Shown here: in pieces, positions 62,271 through 64,000 of the stretch | Position numbering within the stretch: position 1 is the first letter of the stretch | How the letters are laid out: the number at the start of each line of letters is the position of its first letter | Notes under the pieces: generated by a model | Told to the model about the DNA's origin: nothing | The model's database searches: none | The model's input: the letters and a program-made list of their open reading frames with translations, nothing else | DNA from: Calditrichia bacterium | Lineage (GTDB): Bacteria > Calditrichota > Calditrichia > JAJRVZ01 | Assembly: GCA_963777955.1 (NCBI GenBank) | Contig: CAVZSQ010000013.1 | Location: 64,001-128,000 of the forward strand | Length of the DNA: 64,000 bases | Reading direction: 5' to 3' | Translations under genes and position numbers: made by a program

Positions 62271-63482
62271 CTAGCCCGTGGGCAGCAGGATAGAAAACCG
62301 GGTACCGCGGCCAGGTTCGCTCTCAACTTCGATTCTGCCCCCGTTCTCTTCAACCAGTCGCGAGGAAATGGATAAACCTAAACCGACACCGTCGCTCTTG
62401 GTGGTAAAAAAGGGATTAAAAATTTTTTTAATGTTCTCTTTTTCAATTCCACAGCCCTGGTCGGCGATTTGAATCGCCACCATCGACTGATCTTCATTAA
62501 CCGCAGCGGCCGGAGTTGTTACAGTCGAAACGGTTAAAGTGCCCCCCTGCTCCATGGCGTCGATAGCATTCAGAAATAAATTAATCAATACCTGCTCCAG
62601 TTGATTCTCATCTACATATACTTTCGGCACATTTTTATCAAAACTGGTGCTATATACGATATTTTTTTTACTCATTTTGGATGAAAGCAGTACCTGGACA
62701 CCCTTAATTATATTTTCCACTACAACAAAATCCTGCCTGGGTTTACCCGGCTTGGCAAACTTAAAAAATTTCTTCAGCAATTCATTAGAGCGGTCAATTT
62801 CTTTGATGATCCGTTTAATCAGTTCCGCTCTGAAATCGCCGGGACTAAAACTATCCTCCAGCACCTGTGCGGACGACTTGATACCCGCCAGCGGATTACG
62901 GATCTCGTGAGCAATACCGGCCGAAACTTCACCCAGAGTGGCCAGACGATCGATCCGCTCCAGTCGACTGCGGAAATTATGTATATTGGTCAAATCCCGG
63001 AAACTGAATATGACACCGTTATATTTAACATCCTCTATATCCAGCAAGGTCGTAGTAAAACCGATGGGGATGACCTTCTGGTTGCGGGCCAGTAAATTGA
63101 CCTCCTTGCTTTCAAACATGCTTTTATTTTTAAACAGTACATGAAGAATCTGTTCGCCTTCAGGCTGGTCGGCAAAAAGCGTGCGTATGGATTTACCTAC
63201 CAGTTCACTATATTCATAATCAATCAGTTTTAATGCTGTAGTATTAATAAACGTGATCAGACCATCAAAATCAATAGTGATGATTCCGCTGGAAATATTC
63301 TGTACCACCCCTTTATGAAACTGATAGACCTGCTCCACTTTCCTGCTGCGGGTGATAACTTTCTTATATTTTTCTGCCAGTTGGCGGTATTTGGTTTCCA
63401 GTGAGACATACTCGCTGCGTTCGTTATACGATTTATTGATTAGTGAAATGCTTTCTTTCTTGATATCAAATTGTTTACTCAT
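62271..63482 (-). CDS. Cytoplasmic PAS sensor histidine kinase (NtrB-like)
   Basis: PAS, AHEIRNPL, NLFLNAIDAM, DQGCGI, FFTTK.GVGLGL; no TM segment. Confidence 0.94.
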   Translation of the reverse strand: MSKQFDIKKESISLINKSYNERSEYVSLETKYRQLAEKYKKVITRSRKVEQVYQFHKGVVQNISSGIITIDFDGLITFINTTALKLIDYEYSELVGKSIRTLFADQPEGEQILHVLFKNKSMFESKEVNLLARNQKVIPIGFTTTLLDIEDVKYNGVIFSFRDLTNIHNFRSRLERIDRLATLGEVSAGIAHEIRNPLAGIKSSAQVLEDSFSPGDFRAELIKRIIKEIDRSNELLKKFFKFAKPGKPRQDFVVVENIIKGVQVLLSSKMSKKNIVYSTSFDKNVPKVYVDENQLEQVLINLFLNAIDAMEQGGTLTVSTVTTPAAAVNEDQSMVAIQIADQGCGIEKENIKKIFNPFFTTKSDGVGLGLSISSRLVEENGGRIEVESEPGRGTRFSILLPTG

Positions 63483-63549
63483 GGTGGTAATACCGTATGT
63501 TTAATCAAAATTTACACAAATCCTGCCTGAGCATGCAACCAGTTTATAT

Positions 63550-64000
63550 TTATAACAGTTCCTGAGGATCGACATCCACGATAATTTTCAAATTGGATTC
63601 TTTCAAGCGTAAATACGGCAGCATAACCATCTCAATTATTTTTTTGCTACGTGTGCCGCCGGGATCTCTGGCGGGATCGATCTTAAGCAGGGTTTGCCAG
63701 CGATACTGCTTATTGATCCTGGCCAGGGGCGATGGTGCCGGACCGGTAATTTCGTAAAGACCCCGCCCGGCTGCGCGCAGTTTTTGTGTTATCTCCCGGG
63801 CAAAAGCTATAGTCGTGGATAAATTATCAGCCGAGTACCTGAGGTTGATAATCCTGCGCAAGGGGGGATATCCCATTTCCTGCCGGTATTTCAGCTCCTG
63901 CCGGTAAAAACCTTTATAATCATGATTCCTGGCAAACTGAATGGCATAATGATTGATTATGCTGCTCTGAATAACCACTTCACCTTCCAGTTCATCCCGG
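63550..64000 (-). CDS. priA: Primosomal protein N' (3' part; gene starts beyond the window)
   Basis: GEVVIQS, ELKYRQEMGYPP, GPAPSPLARINKQYRWQ, VDVDP. Confidence 0.9.
   Translation of the reverse strand, partial: RDELEGEVVIQSSIINHYAIQFARNHDYKGFYRQELKYRQEMGYPPLRRIINLRYSADNLSTTIAFAREITQKLRAAGRGLYEITGPAPSPLARINKQYRWQTLLKIDPARDPGGTRSKKIIEMVMLPYLRLKESNLKIIVDVDPQELL

Overview
Bacterial chromosomal window with T9SS-type C-terminal sorting domains, a PorV-like barrel and TonB receptors. The gene content suggests Calditrichota or a related FCB-group lineage (inference). Many single-base frameshifts suggest an imperfectly polished long-read assembly. Core genes run from purL (partial) through hypD and its activase, thpR, era, pcm, HDAC, a GAF kinase, nfi, an Slt transglycosylase, der and an LPP20/SLH-TPR/FlgT/CsgG/FecR envelope operon to tRNA-Gly(CCC). 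An AT-rich composite island (~25.1-34.8 kb) lies on the 5' side of the tRNA. It carries an excisionase-like remnant, small orphan ORFs and an integron-like array of four co-oriented genes, each followed by a degenerate attC-like hairpin, with no integrase. After it come a TonB receptor pair, a heavily fragmented TonB receptor/CTD-protein/PorV-like triad, metabolic genes (M20, dGTPase, DAGK, ROK, S41, GH57, speB, pdaD, MFS), an MglA/MglB-Roadblock-DUF4388-HAMP-two-component cluster and the 3' end of priA. All calls come from reading the sequence; no database searches were run.
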